The notes beneath the pieces are model-generated. The model searched no databases. It saw only the letters and a program-made list of their open reading frames with translations, and had not been told where the DNA came from. 64,000 nucleotides of DNA from a virus. Taxonomy: Duplodnaviria > Caudoviricetes. The stretch spans positions 160,001-224,000 of IMG/VR virus record IMGVR_UViG_3300031555_004524; one strand, given 5' to 3'. The translations under genes were made by a program, and so were the position numbers. Shown in pieces: positions 30,158 through 40,109 of the stretch (position 1 is its first letter; every line of letters starts with the position of its first letter).

Positions 30158-31251
30158 ATGGGAATGTTTGGATTAGACTTTGCACAGGAAAGTGCAATTA
30201 ATTCTGGATTAGGATTCGAATATACAGCAGAAGACGATGCGATGATGGAAGCATTTGATGCTATTGAATGTTTCGAAGATCCTGAATTCGCATTTGGACG
30301 TTTAGCATTAGAAAATGCTACTAACTTCCACAACTTAACAATGGCTATCGCTATTGACGAAATGAACACACTTATCGCTACAAAAGAAGAAGTTGTTTAC
30401 GAAGAAAGCAAATTCGCTAGCATCATGGATAAAGTTAAAAAAGCTATCCAGTCAGCTTGGCAGAAAGCTAAAGGCGTGTTTGAAAAAGTTATGAATATCA
30501 TTTCTGGATGGGTTCAGAATGATAAAAAATTTGTAGAAACTCACAAGAAAGCTGTAAATAAGTTCAAAGGAACAGTTACAGTTAAAGGTTATAACTTTAC
30601 ACATCTTGAAGAGGATATTGAAGCAGGAGCAGCAGAAGCTTTTGATAAATCTCTTAAAGCTGTAAACCTTGATACAGTTGCAGATCCAGAAAAAGCATTA
30701 CTCGATGCAACAAAAGGTGATATGGGTGGATTTGGTGATAAGATGAGAGCTAACTGTGTTCCTGGATTCTCTGGAAAATCTCTTGAAGCAGGAAAATTCA
30801 CAAAAGAACTCAACAAATACTTTAGAAATGGTGAAGAAGAAGCAAAAGAAATTAAATTTACAGCAGCTAATGGAGAAAAACTTCTTAACGAAGTATCTTC
30901 ATGCAAAACAGCAAAAGCTTCTGCAAAAGCATCATATGAAGGTGTTAAGAAATACTTCAAATTCCTTATTGCAGCTGCAGATAAGGTCGAGCTCAGGCAA
31001 ATAATGCAGTTAAAAATAAGAGGGATGCTAGCCATGCTGATAAAGTATCAAAAGCAGTTGGTAAATGGACATCATGCTGTAATCAGGCAATCAATATTGC
31101 TCATGCTATGATGAATGCTCACATTGCAAATATTAATGCTGCTCATAACCAGGCTAAAAAAGTAGTTGTAGCTATGGCTAACGGTGGAGATAAAGAAGAA
31201 AAGAAAGAAAAAGTTGGTGATTCAGCTTTAGAATCAGTTGTATTTATCTAA
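30158..31251 (+). CDS. inner-head protein paralog, interrupted by a 1-nt frameshift near 30983
   Basis: ATG 30158 after AGGAGG; -1 frame from 30984 (GRAQANNAVK...ESVVFI*) keeps codon style and ends just before terminator. Confidence 0.7.
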
Positions 31252-31300
31252 TGCAAAACTTGTATCAGGCAAACTGATTAAAATGCATAAAACAAAAGAT

Positions 31301-31330
31301 TGGGGTTGCCAATTGGCAACTCCATTTTCT
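31301..31330 (+). terminator. intrinsic terminator
   Basis: TGGGGTTGCC-AATT-GGCAACTCCA then T-run. Confidence 0.8.
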
Positions 31331-31362
31331 TTTATCTAAATAATTGAGGAGGATAAGTTCCA

Positions 31363-33726
31363 ATGAGCAATCTTTTGAATTTAGATCATATGTTTATAGA
31401 AAGCTCTTTTTTAAAAGCTTTAAATAATTCTGTTATTTCTGAATCATACAGATCTTCAGTATTAGGTCCATTAAAAACTTTTAACGAATCTTTTAATATT
31501 AATACTGAAAAATTATATATGAGTATTTCAGAAGCAGAATCGAAAGAAAAAGAAAATGATATTTTTACTCATTATTTTAGTGAAATTGAAAAATCATTTT
31601 CTGAATTAATTAAACAGATATCTGAAGTTGAATCTAGATTTGTTATTAGAGTAGATAATATGGTAGATGCAAATATGGATATTCTTAAAAACACATCTGC
31701 ACTTTCAGATTGTAAACCATTTCATTATCGAATGTATGAATTTAAAAATATTTCAGATGCAGATTTTCCTAAGATTAACCCATTATCAATTTATAATAAA
31801 GAATTTGATTTCATGGGACAGCTGTTACAGGATCTCGGTCCAGCTGCAACAAATCAAATGAAATTGCAGGTTATTGCATCTGTATACAATATGCTCAATA
31901 AAGGAAATTCAGATCAGCTTACTAAGAAATGTGTAAAAGATATCTTAGATATGGATGATGATGACGATTGTGATATCGCTAAATTTCCTAAAAAATTATA
32001 TGAAAAATTTAGAAAAGATGAAGCAAAAGATCAAACTATTGATAAAGGAATACTTTATTCAATTCAGTTGTCTTTAAAGAATTATAAGACAGCTGTTGCT
32101 GCTGCTACATCTACATCAGATAAATTGATTTCACAGTTTGAAGAAATAAAGAGAAGTCTTTTAAGTTTTATTTCTGGAACTCCAAAGAATACTCTTGAAA
32201 TTAACACTCCAACTGATGGGGTTAAAAATACTACTTATAAAGTAGATACATATACAATGAATCAGTTAGATTTATTTATGAAAACTAAAATAAATCAGAT
32301 TGTTCAGATGGCTAATATCTACGTTATTGCGTTATCTGTTAAACTTGATGCTATTGTAGAATATTATAAACAATGTAAAGATATTTTAGTAATGGCTGAA
32401 ATGAATTCTTCTGGTATTCCTGGAACTTCAGAGGATAATCAGGTTGATACTGATACAAATATGGGAGATGAATATCCTGTAGAAGATGACGGTCCAACTG
32501 GAGAAGAAGATCCAGAGGATGATGACGATGACGATTCTGATGACGGAGATGACGATTTATCTGAACCTACGGATGGCGATGATAACAATACAGATTTATC
32601 TACAGAACCAGTAAATGATGATAACGATACTGTTTCAGATAATAGTGAACCGTCAAATGATAATTCTGATAAGGATGATTTATCAGATGAGTTAGATGAA
32701 GCTATGAAAGATTTCGAAGAAGCATGTATTTTAGCTGAATATCAGATATTTGCTATTGAGCAGGAAAATGCTAGAAATGAAATGTATAATAGAGTATTAT
32801 CATACTACAATGAAGATGGAGAAGGATCAGGCGATGGTCAGAGTAGAAGTGGTACTACTTCATCTACAACAACCACATCAACAACTACAAGCTCTAGTAG
32901 TGGAGGAACAAGTATTTCTAACGCTAAGAAAGCTGTTGATCAGTCTGGTAAGGAATCTATCATCAATGCTATTATTAGAAAATTAGATGAACTTTGGAGA
33001 AATTTCCAGGAAAAGATTTTTGTTCAATCTACTAGACGTTTAGAAGTTTTAAAGAAAAATGAGCGTTATATTAACACTGAACCTTTTGATATGTCTGGTG
33101 ATAATATTATGCCACGAATCAAAACAGAAGCTATTTCTGATATCTCTATACCAGATTTCAACTATAACACTATGAAAGAAAGATTATCTAATGAAGATGA
33201 ATTTTTCAAGAAATCATGGCCTAATATCGAAAAATCTGATGATCAGAAAGTCAGTGATGCAGTTATTAATCATATTATTGATTATAACGATCCATATAAG
33301 AATACAAAAGAAATTCTTCCAGCTAAAGCATACAATTGGTGTAAAACATATCCATCTATGAAAGATCAGTTAGCTAAAGATATGAGTATTCTTAAAAAAG
33401 GTCAGAATAATGCTAAAAGAGTAGCTAAACAGGCAGTAAATTCTGAAAGTGCAACTTTAGAAAATACTATGAAATCATATTTCTTAGAATTTGATAAACC
33501 AGAAGAACCAAAGAAAGATCCTTCTGATAATACACCATCAGATAATGCTCCAGCAAATGTGACAGTATATTTTAAAGTATGTAATCAGGTATGTAGAGCA
33601 AAACTTACAGCTATCCAGAGAACTTTCAATGAATATACTGCATATTTATTATGGCATATTAACAAGAGACGTGAAAATGAAGGTTCGCCAAAAATTGGTT
33701 GGATAAATCAAAAGAATAATAAATAG
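31363..33726 (+). CDS. inner-head protein paralog, two domains joined by acidic and Ser/Thr linkers
   Basis: GAGGAGG RBS; Asp-rich tract and STTTTSTTTSSSS. Confidence 0.65.
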   Translation: MSNLLNLDHMFIESSFLKALNNSVISESYRSSVLGPLKTFNESFNINTEKLYMSISEAESKEKENDIFTHYFSEIEKSFSELIKQISEVESRFVIRVDNMVDANMDILKNTSALSDCKPFHYRMYEFKNISDADFPKINPLSIYNKEFDFMGQLLQDLGPAATNQMKLQVIASVYNMLNKGNSDQLTKKCVKDILDMDDDDDCDIAKFPKKLYEKFRKDEAKDQTIDKGILYSIQLSLKNYKTAVAAATSTSDKLISQFEEIKRSLLSFISGTPKNTLEINTPTDGVKNTTYKVDTYTMNQLDLFMKTKINQIVQMANIYVIALSVKLDAIVEYYKQCKDILVMAEMNSSGIPGTSEDNQVDTDTNMGDEYPVEDDGPTGEEDPEDDDDDDSDDGDDDLSEPTDGDDNNTDLSTEPVNDDNDTVSDNSEPSNDNSDKDDLSDELDEAMKDFEEACILAEYQIFAIEQENARNEMYNRVLSYYNEDGEGSGDGQSRSGTTSSTTTTSTTTSSSSGGTSISNAKKAVDQSGKESIINAIIRKLDELWRNFQEKIFVQSTRRLEVLKKNERYINTEPFDMSGDNIMPRIKTEAISDISIPDFNYNTMKERLSNEDEFFKKSWPNIEKSDDQKVSDAVINHIIDYNDPYKNTKEILPAKAYNWCKTYPSMKDQLAKDMSILKKGQNNAKRVAKQAVNSESATLENTMKSYFLEFDKPEEPKKDPSDNTPSDNAPANVTVYFKVCNQVCRAKLTAIQRTFNEYTAYLLWHINKRRENEGSPKIGWINQKNNK

Positions 33727-33741
33727 GAGGTAACTTGAGAA

Positions 33742-35427
33742 ATGGTTAAATATCTATACAATGATTTATCTAAAGTTAATGATACTATTTATGAGAATCT
33801 TATTATGGCTATCGTTAATAATGTAAAAGAATCATTCTTAGAAAACCCAGATTATGATTTCCCTCAGGTCAGAACGGAAAGTTTATTGGAATCTGATATT
33901 GAGCGATTAACAAAACTTGCAAGTGTATTCGGTTCTTTTAAATTTGAAAGATTATTAGAAGCTGCAAAATCAGTTAATCCTATTGGATTAGTATATAATG
34001 ATTTTATTACATGTAAAGAAAAAGTTGAATCTCATTATAATACTATTATAGAAAATATGAAAGAATCTATCAAAGCTGCAGTTACAGAAGAATGTGATGG
34101 TATTCTTGGAAATTATGATCCATTTATCAAAACTTTAGTTGATCCTGCATTTGCAAATACTATTGGAGCTTCAAAAAGTTCATCTGACAATATTTGTTTC
34201 ATTAAAGAAAATACACATTCTGTAACAAGAGAAGACATTTCAAATGCAATCTCAGTAATTGAGAATTGTGCTGATAGTGCTAGAGAACTTATTTCTATTG
34301 CTGAAAAGAAATGCTGTGAAACAAAAGAAAAGCTTACTATTATTAGTAACGATATGGATAAATGTGTCAAAACAGTTCATGGTGTTGGTAAATCTACCGT
34401 AAAAGAAGCTATTGTGGCTGCTTGTTATCATGAAATGTATGATATGGTCAATCATGCACATATTGTGCAGTTAGAAAATCAGTTAATAGAATCAGTTAAA
34501 CAGTCTTACAAAGTTTTAGCTATGGTAGCTAATCATAATCCAAGAGATTTGAAAGATTCTATTATCAGAACAGAATCTGTTTGCTTTATTGCTGAACAGG
34601 AATTTGATAGTGTTATTGAAGAGACTGTAGGAATGCATATAAGTGAATTTCTTATGGAAGGTGCCGTTAAAAATGCATTTGATCAATTTAAAGCTAAAAT
34701 TACTTTAAGTAATGAAAGATTTCTTAAAAAGCATAAAGAAGCTGCATTGAAATCTAAATGTGATGGCATCACTATTGAAAAATGGTACATTCCTAAAGAT
34801 ATCAATGCTATTCATAACAAAGTTATTGCAGAAGTTAAAAAAGAAATGGACCCTGAAACTAAAGATGTTAGAGAACTTAAAGCTAAATGGAAAGATATTT
34901 CTGGTACTTTTTTACTTGGAGGGGCTGACTCTAAAGGAGTTGCTATTTCAGCTAAAATGCTTGACGGAAAACAAGCTGCATTGATTAAAGATTTGGCACA
35001 TAATGTTCAGAGAGATCATAAAGTTACACCATCCGATGTAAAAGAAGCTGTTAAGTTTTTAGAAAATTCAGATGCTGAAATTACAAAAGCATATAATGAA
35101 TATATGAAACGTTCTATGGGAAGTTCATATGCTTTATGGAACCCTAAAGTTTTAGGAAGAACAAAAGGCGAAAGATATGTTAAGAAAATAAATACATTCA
35201 TGCAAATGGTTCAGGATAATATTGACCTTAACTATCAGAAAATGCTTCTCAGTCAGCTTAAAGTTAAACAGCAGCAGAGTAGAGTAATTGTTTTGAAGGC
35301 TGCTAGAGTTTCATCTAATGAGGCTGCTTCTATTTTAGAAGCTGAAATGAATATATTAGATGAATATTTTACATATTACGAAAATTCAATTGATGATACA
35401 TTTAATAAATATTCATATGATGAATAA
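33742..35427 (+). CDS. inner-head protein paralog
   Basis: SNERFLKKHKE resembles NDKKFVETHKK of the 30158 protein; many Glu motifs. Confidence 0.65.
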   Translation: MVKYLYNDLSKVNDTIYENLIMAIVNNVKESFLENPDYDFPQVRTESLLESDIERLTKLASVFGSFKFERLLEAAKSVNPIGLVYNDFITCKEKVESHYNTIIENMKESIKAAVTEECDGILGNYDPFIKTLVDPAFANTIGASKSSSDNICFIKENTHSVTREDISNAISVIENCADSARELISIAEKKCCETKEKLTIISNDMDKCVKTVHGVGKSTVKEAIVAACYHEMYDMVNHAHIVQLENQLIESVKQSYKVLAMVANHNPRDLKDSIIRTESVCFIAEQEFDSVIEETVGMHISEFLMEGAVKNAFDQFKAKITLSNERFLKKHKEAALKSKCDGITIEKWYIPKDINAIHNKVIAEVKKEMDPETKDVRELKAKWKDISGTFLLGGADSKGVAISAKMLDGKQAALIKDLAHNVQRDHKVTPSDVKEAVKFLENSDAEITKAYNEYMKRSMGSSYALWNPKVLGRTKGERYVKKINTFMQMVQDNIDLNYQKMLLSQLKVKQQQSRVIVLKAARVSSNEAASILEAEMNILDEYFTYYENSIDDTFNKYSYDE

Positions 35428-35431
35428 AATT

Positions 35432-35458
35432 TGGAGTAGAGGGTTTTCCTCTACTCCA
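35432..35458. terminator. hairpin between convergent genes, overlapping stop at 35451
   Basis: 11-bp inverted repeat. Confidence 0.75.
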
Positions 35459-36638
35459 TTACTTTTCTGAAGGTTAACAATGTATTTGAAATGAATTCAT
35501 TATCTTGCTGAATCATAATTTCTTTTTTAGCAGATAATATAAATCTACCATTATATTCTTGGAACTCTTGATAGTTTCTAACAATATATTCTTTATTAGG
35601 TGTAAATAAAGTTCCGTCCAATTCAGTTCTTTGTATTTCTAATATTACTGATACACTATCTACCGTATGTTTAATTATATTTGTAGTATTAATATCTCTA
35701 ACCCTTTCAATTTTAACTTTTTCAATAGATTGTTCATTTAATACAGATAAAGATAATTTTTTTGTAGCGCCATTATCATCTAATCCTATTATATGATTAT
35801 AGTCTTTTTCCTGAACAAGGTTGAAAGCTAAATGTGTATCTAATGCATCTACATTCATAACATATGCTTTTTGTTCTCTATCAACGTCAATACCTACAGA
35901 TTTAGATTCTATCGATGTGGTATTAACTATATTAATTACTATAGTATCATAATCTGCATCTCCATCATCTACAGGATTACCTTCATTGCTTAAAAGGTAA
36001 GTTTTAGAAAAATCTCTGAAATATCTGTATCCTCGTTCATAGAAAACTTGATTTTTATTTAAAAATGATAATAGGTCTGTTATACTGCTCATAGGAGGAA
36101 TGATTAGGACTGGTATTATTTCATTATTGATAAAAGGTTCTATAATCATAGTCATATTTGTAGTATATTTGTTAACTACAGATATCATATTTGAATTCTT
36201 AATAATATCATTAAATAATCCTCTATTCTTATCTATAGATTTTGTACATAATAATGCGATAGTACCTCTCTTGTATGAATCATTACTTTTATCCCTAGCA
36301 GTTTCCAATTTATTTAACGGTTTATGGTAATCAGCATCTGTTTGTATTAGATATGAAAATTCTTCTTGAATATATACTCTTTGCACTGCACTTGCTGCTT
36401 TATTATCATACTTCTTTAATGATAAAATTATCTTTGCTGTTTCTGCATATTCTACCATTAAATCATATAGTGTAGAGTTTACATTGAAACTCATATATAT
36501 AATTGGCATGTTATTATTATCGTAATCATAATTAGTTATTATCGCTAATATAGATTCCGATGGAATAATTACTGGATCTTCTTTGTCGTCATATGTAAAC
36601 GTTGCACTTGCAGTGTAACGATATGATGTATTAAGCAT
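35451..36638 (-). CDS. probable baseplate hub protein (gp27-like)
   Basis: beta-rich 395 aa, ends YNGRFILSAKKE..NTLLTF; variant late promoter TACA-N6-TA at 36669-36658. Confidence 0.5.
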   Translation of the reverse strand: MLNTSYRYTASATFTYDDKEDPVIIPSESILAIITNYDYDNNNMPIIYMSFNVNSTLYDLMVEYAETAKIILSLKKYDNKAASAVQRVYIQEEFSYLIQTDADYHKPLNKLETARDKSNDSYKRGTIALLCTKSIDKNRGLFNDIIKNSNMISVVNKYTTNMTMIIEPFINNEIIPVLIIPPMSSITDLLSFLNKNQVFYERGYRYFRDFSKTYLLSNEGNPVDDGDADYDTIVINIVNTTSIESKSVGIDVDREQKAYVMNVDALDTHLAFNLVQEKDYNHIIGLDDNGATKKLSLSVLNEQSIEKVKIERVRDINTTNIIKHTVDSVSVILEIQRTELDGTLFTPNKEYIVRNYQEFQEYNGRFILSAKKEIMIQQDNEFISNTLLTFRKVME

Positions 36639-36686
36639 AATAATACCTCCTTATAATTACTATAATGTAAAATTTGGCAAAAAATA

Positions 36687-36715
36687 AAAGGTGTACTTCT
36701 ATAAAGTACACCTTT
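36687..36715 (-). terminator. intrinsic terminator
   Basis: 12-bp inverted repeat, U-run on minus strand. Confidence 0.75.
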
Positions 36716-36726
36716 AATATATATTA

Positions 36727-37098
36727 TTAATTCCCCATCATATCATATCCGAAATTGATAGCGTAAAGATTCTCTGCCAATAAAATATCAGCATTTATTA
36801 TCGCAATCATTGATCGTACAATATTTACCCATAATTCTCTATTAATAGTTTCTTTTTCAATTTCCCACTCCAATATTATAAATCTATTGAGAATATATTC
36901 CATTGTGTGTGAATTTACAATACGACCAGTGTTAAATCCTTCTACAATATCTTTACCTTGTTTAAGTATTTTTAATGCTGAATCTTTATCATGGTTAACC
37001 TGAACGCTAGCTTTTAATGTAGCAGTATTGATTGTATTTTTAATATACTTTAATATATCAATTCTATCTTCTGCTTTCATTTCCATTATTTCTGTCAT
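36727..37098 (-). CDS. hypothetical helical protein (paralog of 37166-37543)
   Basis: AAAGGAG RBS; similar pattern to neighbour. Confidence 0.7.
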   Translation of the reverse strand: MTEIMEMKAEDRIDILKYIKNTINTATLKASVQVNHDKDSALKILKQGKDIVEGFNTGRIVNSHTMEYILNRFIILEWEIEKETINRELWVNIVRSMIAIINADILLAENLYAINFGYDMMGN

Positions 37099-37138
37099 AT
37101 TTAATTTTTCTCCTTTATTATGTATTTTTTATAAAAAA

Positions 37139-37167
37139 AGAAATGTGCTTGCGACTAGCACATTTCT
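37139..37167 (-). terminator. intrinsic terminator
   Basis: 11-bp inverted repeat, U-run on minus strand. Confidence 0.75.
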
Positions 37168-37543
37168 ATTCATTGTGTTGTATATATCTAATACCATGTT
37201 CGAGACAGCTGATGTCTGACTGTAAACACGAAATAATAGATAATAATGCAATTCTGCATATATTCCACCTAATTGGGAATGACAATTCAGTAGTTATATT
37301 TTCTACTTTCTTTAACTCACTTCCAATTAATTCTATTTTAAAGTCGATATAATTTTTAGTAGCAGAATGAATTGGTAAGGAGTTTAATCTACTTGCATGA
37401 TGGTTTAATGTTGATATAAATGATCGTATCTGTTCAATATCATCATCTAATGATGATAATCTGATTTCATCATTTTCAAACGATTTCTTTATATATAATA
37501 AATCAAAATGCATTTCTTCTAATGTGATATCTAAGTTTACCAT
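37166..37543 (-). CDS. hypothetical helical protein (early)
   Basis: AAAGGAG RBS; early box upstream. Confidence 0.7.
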   Translation of the reverse strand: MVNLDITLEEMHFDLLYIKKSFENDEIRLSSLDDDIEQIRSFISTLNHHASRLNSLPIHSATKNYIDFKIELIGSELKKVENITTELSFPIRWNICRIALLSIISCLQSDISCLEHGIRYIQHNE

Positions 37544-37587
37544 TTTATTTCTCCTTTTTTCTTATATGTATCGTATATCTCATTATT

Positions 37588-37595
37588 ATAATATA
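37588..37595 (-). promoter_or_regulatory. early-type promoter TATATTAT
   Basis: TTGTATATTATAATA context. Confidence 0.55.
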
Positions 37596-37645
37596 CAATC
37601 TTCATATAAGATATTTTCAAATTAATATAACGCATTTTATATGCG

Positions 37646-38665
37646 TTATATTAATGACAAGAAATCAACTGGGTGTTTTTTATAATATTTATTTGATATC
37701 TCTTCTATACTTTGAGGATCGTATAAATTTGGATAGCCTGAATATTTTATCATCTCGTTATATGAATACATTGCAAATTGATTACTTAATCCTATTGCAT
37801 TTAATCTACAGCCAATTATAAATGCATCATTCCAAGTGGATCTATCTGTAGTTTCCAATAGCATTTTCACTGCAGTAGGAATCCCATATAATGATTTAAT
37901 ATTTCTTTCTGGTAATCTTGTCATAGCTAACAACAGGCTATAAGTATTACCATCCTTAGGCAATTTTAATATATTTTCCGTTAATGCTACTTTTCTAGAT
38001 TTACAGAAAGCTTCATAAATATTATCTCTAGTTATATAATATGATTGATCATCACCTTGATACTTTACTGGTCTAATCATAATGAATTCATATATACCTT
38101 CAGCTCCACTAATAGTTACCAACTGTGAATTGTACATATCTTTTGACAATACCAAATTTGGTATATTATTTGTAGAAGATGATGTATATGCATCTATATC
38201 CATCATAACCAAAGCAGCTTCATTCGAAGTTCTTATAAACTGAATTTTGTTTAAATATGGACATATCATATCTAGCATTGTACATGCATTGTTGATTTCT
38301 GGGTCAAAAATCTTCCCGTTTTTATGTGTATAATCTGGAGTATAGTTCTTATTAAAAGTATAATCTTCAGATGTATGAATCAAATAAATATTGCATTCTA
38401 CACCATATCCCTTTTTAAAGAAATTCTTATAATGTGCACATAGATTGAATATAGCTGCTGTAATAGGTATTTCGCTTTTACCTGAAGTTGCATCATTCAA
38501 TGTATGAAATAATTCTGTTAGAGATATAAACAAATTTATTTCAGTTGCAGATGAATATTTATTATTGGAGAATAATTCTTGAATTATTTTACCAAGTTTT
38601 TCATATCTCACTGCATATCCCATTATACATTGTTCTACTGATTTGATATAATTATATGCTGCCAT
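37646..38665 (-). CDS. degenerate 5'-3' exonuclease/FEN (PIN)-like protein
   Basis: NEAALVM and VLSKDMYNSQL align to EADD and SGDKDLLQL; IKSLYGIPTAVKML helix-turn-helix. Confidence 0.5.
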   Translation of the reverse strand: MAAYNYIKSVEQCIMGYAVRYEKLGKIIQELFSNNKYSSATEINLFISLTELFHTLNDATSGKSEIPITAAIFNLCAHYKNFFKKGYGVECNIYLIHTSEDYTFNKNYTPDYTHKNGKIFDPEINNACTMLDMICPYLNKIQFIRTSNEAALVMMDIDAYTSSSTNNIPNLVLSKDMYNSQLVTISGAEGIYEFIMIRPVKYQGDDQSYYITRDNIYEAFCKSRKVALTENILKLPKDGNTYSLLLAMTRLPERNIKSLYGIPTAVKMLLETTDRSTWNDAFIIGCRLNAIGLSNQFAMYSYNEMIKYSGYPNLYDPQSIEEISNKYYKKHPVDFLSLI

Positions 38666-39054
38666 TACGCGATCAACTCCTTAGGATCATAGAATTCTGC
38701 TGGATCTACCCCATCAGGAATATCTACTGTAGTTTCTCCGTTAACAAGAGATACAATTCTATCACAGATATCTGGTCTATGCGTAAAAATACTATTTGCA
38801 ATCTGCGTTGTATCTCCATAACCCTCTTCAATAAATACTGACATTAATTCAGAAGGTCCATCTTCTGTCATGAATGAATAACCTTTTAATGGGATTTCGC
38901 CACTTTCATCAGATTTATACTTTCTTAAATCCAATTTATATTCTGCTGAATCTTTCCATCTAACCATGCGAAGCGCAGAAAAATAATTTCCCTTCTCCTC
39001 AATAATTCTATTTATTCCATCTTCTTGATATTCATATTTTAAATCAAATACCAT
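38665..39054 (-). CDS. PC4/YdbC-like ssDNA-binding protein
   Basis: MVRW....KLDLRKY......KGYSF pattern with acidic tail. Confidence 0.7.
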   Translation of the reverse strand: MVFDLKYEYQEDGINRIIEEKGNYFSALRMVRWKDSAEYKLDLRKYKSDESGEIPLKGYSFMTEDGPSELMSVFIEEGYGDTTQIANSIFTHRPDICDRIVSLVNGETTVDIPDGVDPAEFYDPKELIA

Positions 39055-39078
39055 AATATAGTCCCCCTTTCAGTATAA

Positions 39079-39118
39079 AAAATATAGAGGATGGTTTAAG
39101 TACCATCCTCTATATTTT
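39079..39118 (-). terminator. intrinsic terminator
   Basis: 17-bp inverted repeat. Confidence 0.8.
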
Positions 39119-39172
39119 GTGTGAATGAAAATATACATATAATATCCAGATTGTATCCTGAATGATTATACC

Positions 39173-40009
39173 TTATTTATATTTTTCTGCTACAATTACA
39201 TCAAGGCTACTTGGATTTACGTTTACTCCAAGTTCATTCATAATCTTATGGTACTGATCCCATGTCATCTTTGTAATTGACAGAATCCAGTTACAGCCTG
39301 CCATGTTCTGCATTGGATATGCTGCTGTTCTAACTGGTGTAATTGGAGTTGCTGCATAGATAATTCCTGATTTTCCCTGTTTTTCACCATATACGAATTT
39401 GAGAACCTGAAGAATTTCTACTTTGATACACATATAAAGAGTTCCAGTTCCTCCAACCATTACGTTTGGTTTATCTTCGATAATGCTGATGAATTTATCG
39501 TAAGATGATGGATTATCCCATTTGATCTGTTTCTTAGCATCATCATGCATGAAGTCATATAACAATTCAGATGCAATGCTTGTAAGTACAAATGTCTTTT
39601 CATTTCTACCTGCTAATGTAGCCTGGTGGATAAGATTTTTAATCTGTGGACCACCTGTTTTAAACTGACTTGCTGCTGTTTCAAATGCTTTGAATGTTCC
39701 TTCTGTGGATTCATCTGTTGATGGGCGGAAATATAATTCAAGATCTAATGTGTTTCCTCCATTTGGTGATGGAACTACACGAATTAAACTTCCATAGAAA
39801 TCTGAGAATAATCCTTCGAATACAGTGTTGATATCTCTAGCTAATTCTCTTGATGATACATACTTAGTATCAAATGTTCCTTCGAAATAGAGAGGTTCTT
39901 TATTTTTTGCTCTTTTTCTCTCTTTCTCTTCTACTGCAGTTGCGCTACTGTTCTGGTTACCCACATAACCTCTGTTTTTGTTAAAAATACTCTGGGTTGC
40001 GTTAGCCAT
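39173..40009 (-). CDS. hypothetical protein with both early and late promoters
   Basis: AAGGAGG RBS; 278 aa. Confidence 0.7.
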   Translation of the reverse strand: MANATQSIFNKNRGYVGNQNSSATAVEEKERKRAKNKEPLYFEGTFDTKYVSSRELARDINTVFEGLFSDFYGSLIRVVPSPNGGNTLDLELYFRPSTDESTEGTFKAFETAASQFKTGGPQIKNLIHQATLAGRNEKTFVLTSIASELLYDFMHDDAKKQIKWDNPSSYDKFISIIEDKPNVMVGGTGTLYMCIKVEILQVLKFVYGEKQGKSGIIYAATPITPVRTAAYPMQNMAGCNWILSITKMTWDQYHKIMNELGVNVNPSSLDVIVAEKYK

Positions 40010-40034
40010 TTCATTTTCCTCCTTTGATTTGGTT

Positions 40035-40046
40035 TACATTGTTGTT
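40035..40046 (-). promoter_or_regulatory. late promoter AACA-N6-TA
   Basis: AACA ACAATG TA. Confidence 0.7.
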
Positions 40047-40086
40047 TTAGTAATAATTAAATACTACATTTTTAACTATCACAAGA

Positions 40087-40094
40087 ATAATATA
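40087..40094 (-). promoter_or_regulatory. early-type promoter TATATTAT
   Basis: TTATATATTAT context. Confidence 0.5.
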
Positions 40095-40109
40095 TAATCA
40101 TATTTAGAT

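Noticed and set aside
32460-32905. GAT/GAC and ACA/ACT-rich low-complexity DNA
   Set aside because: Explained by acidic and Ser/Thr protein linkers
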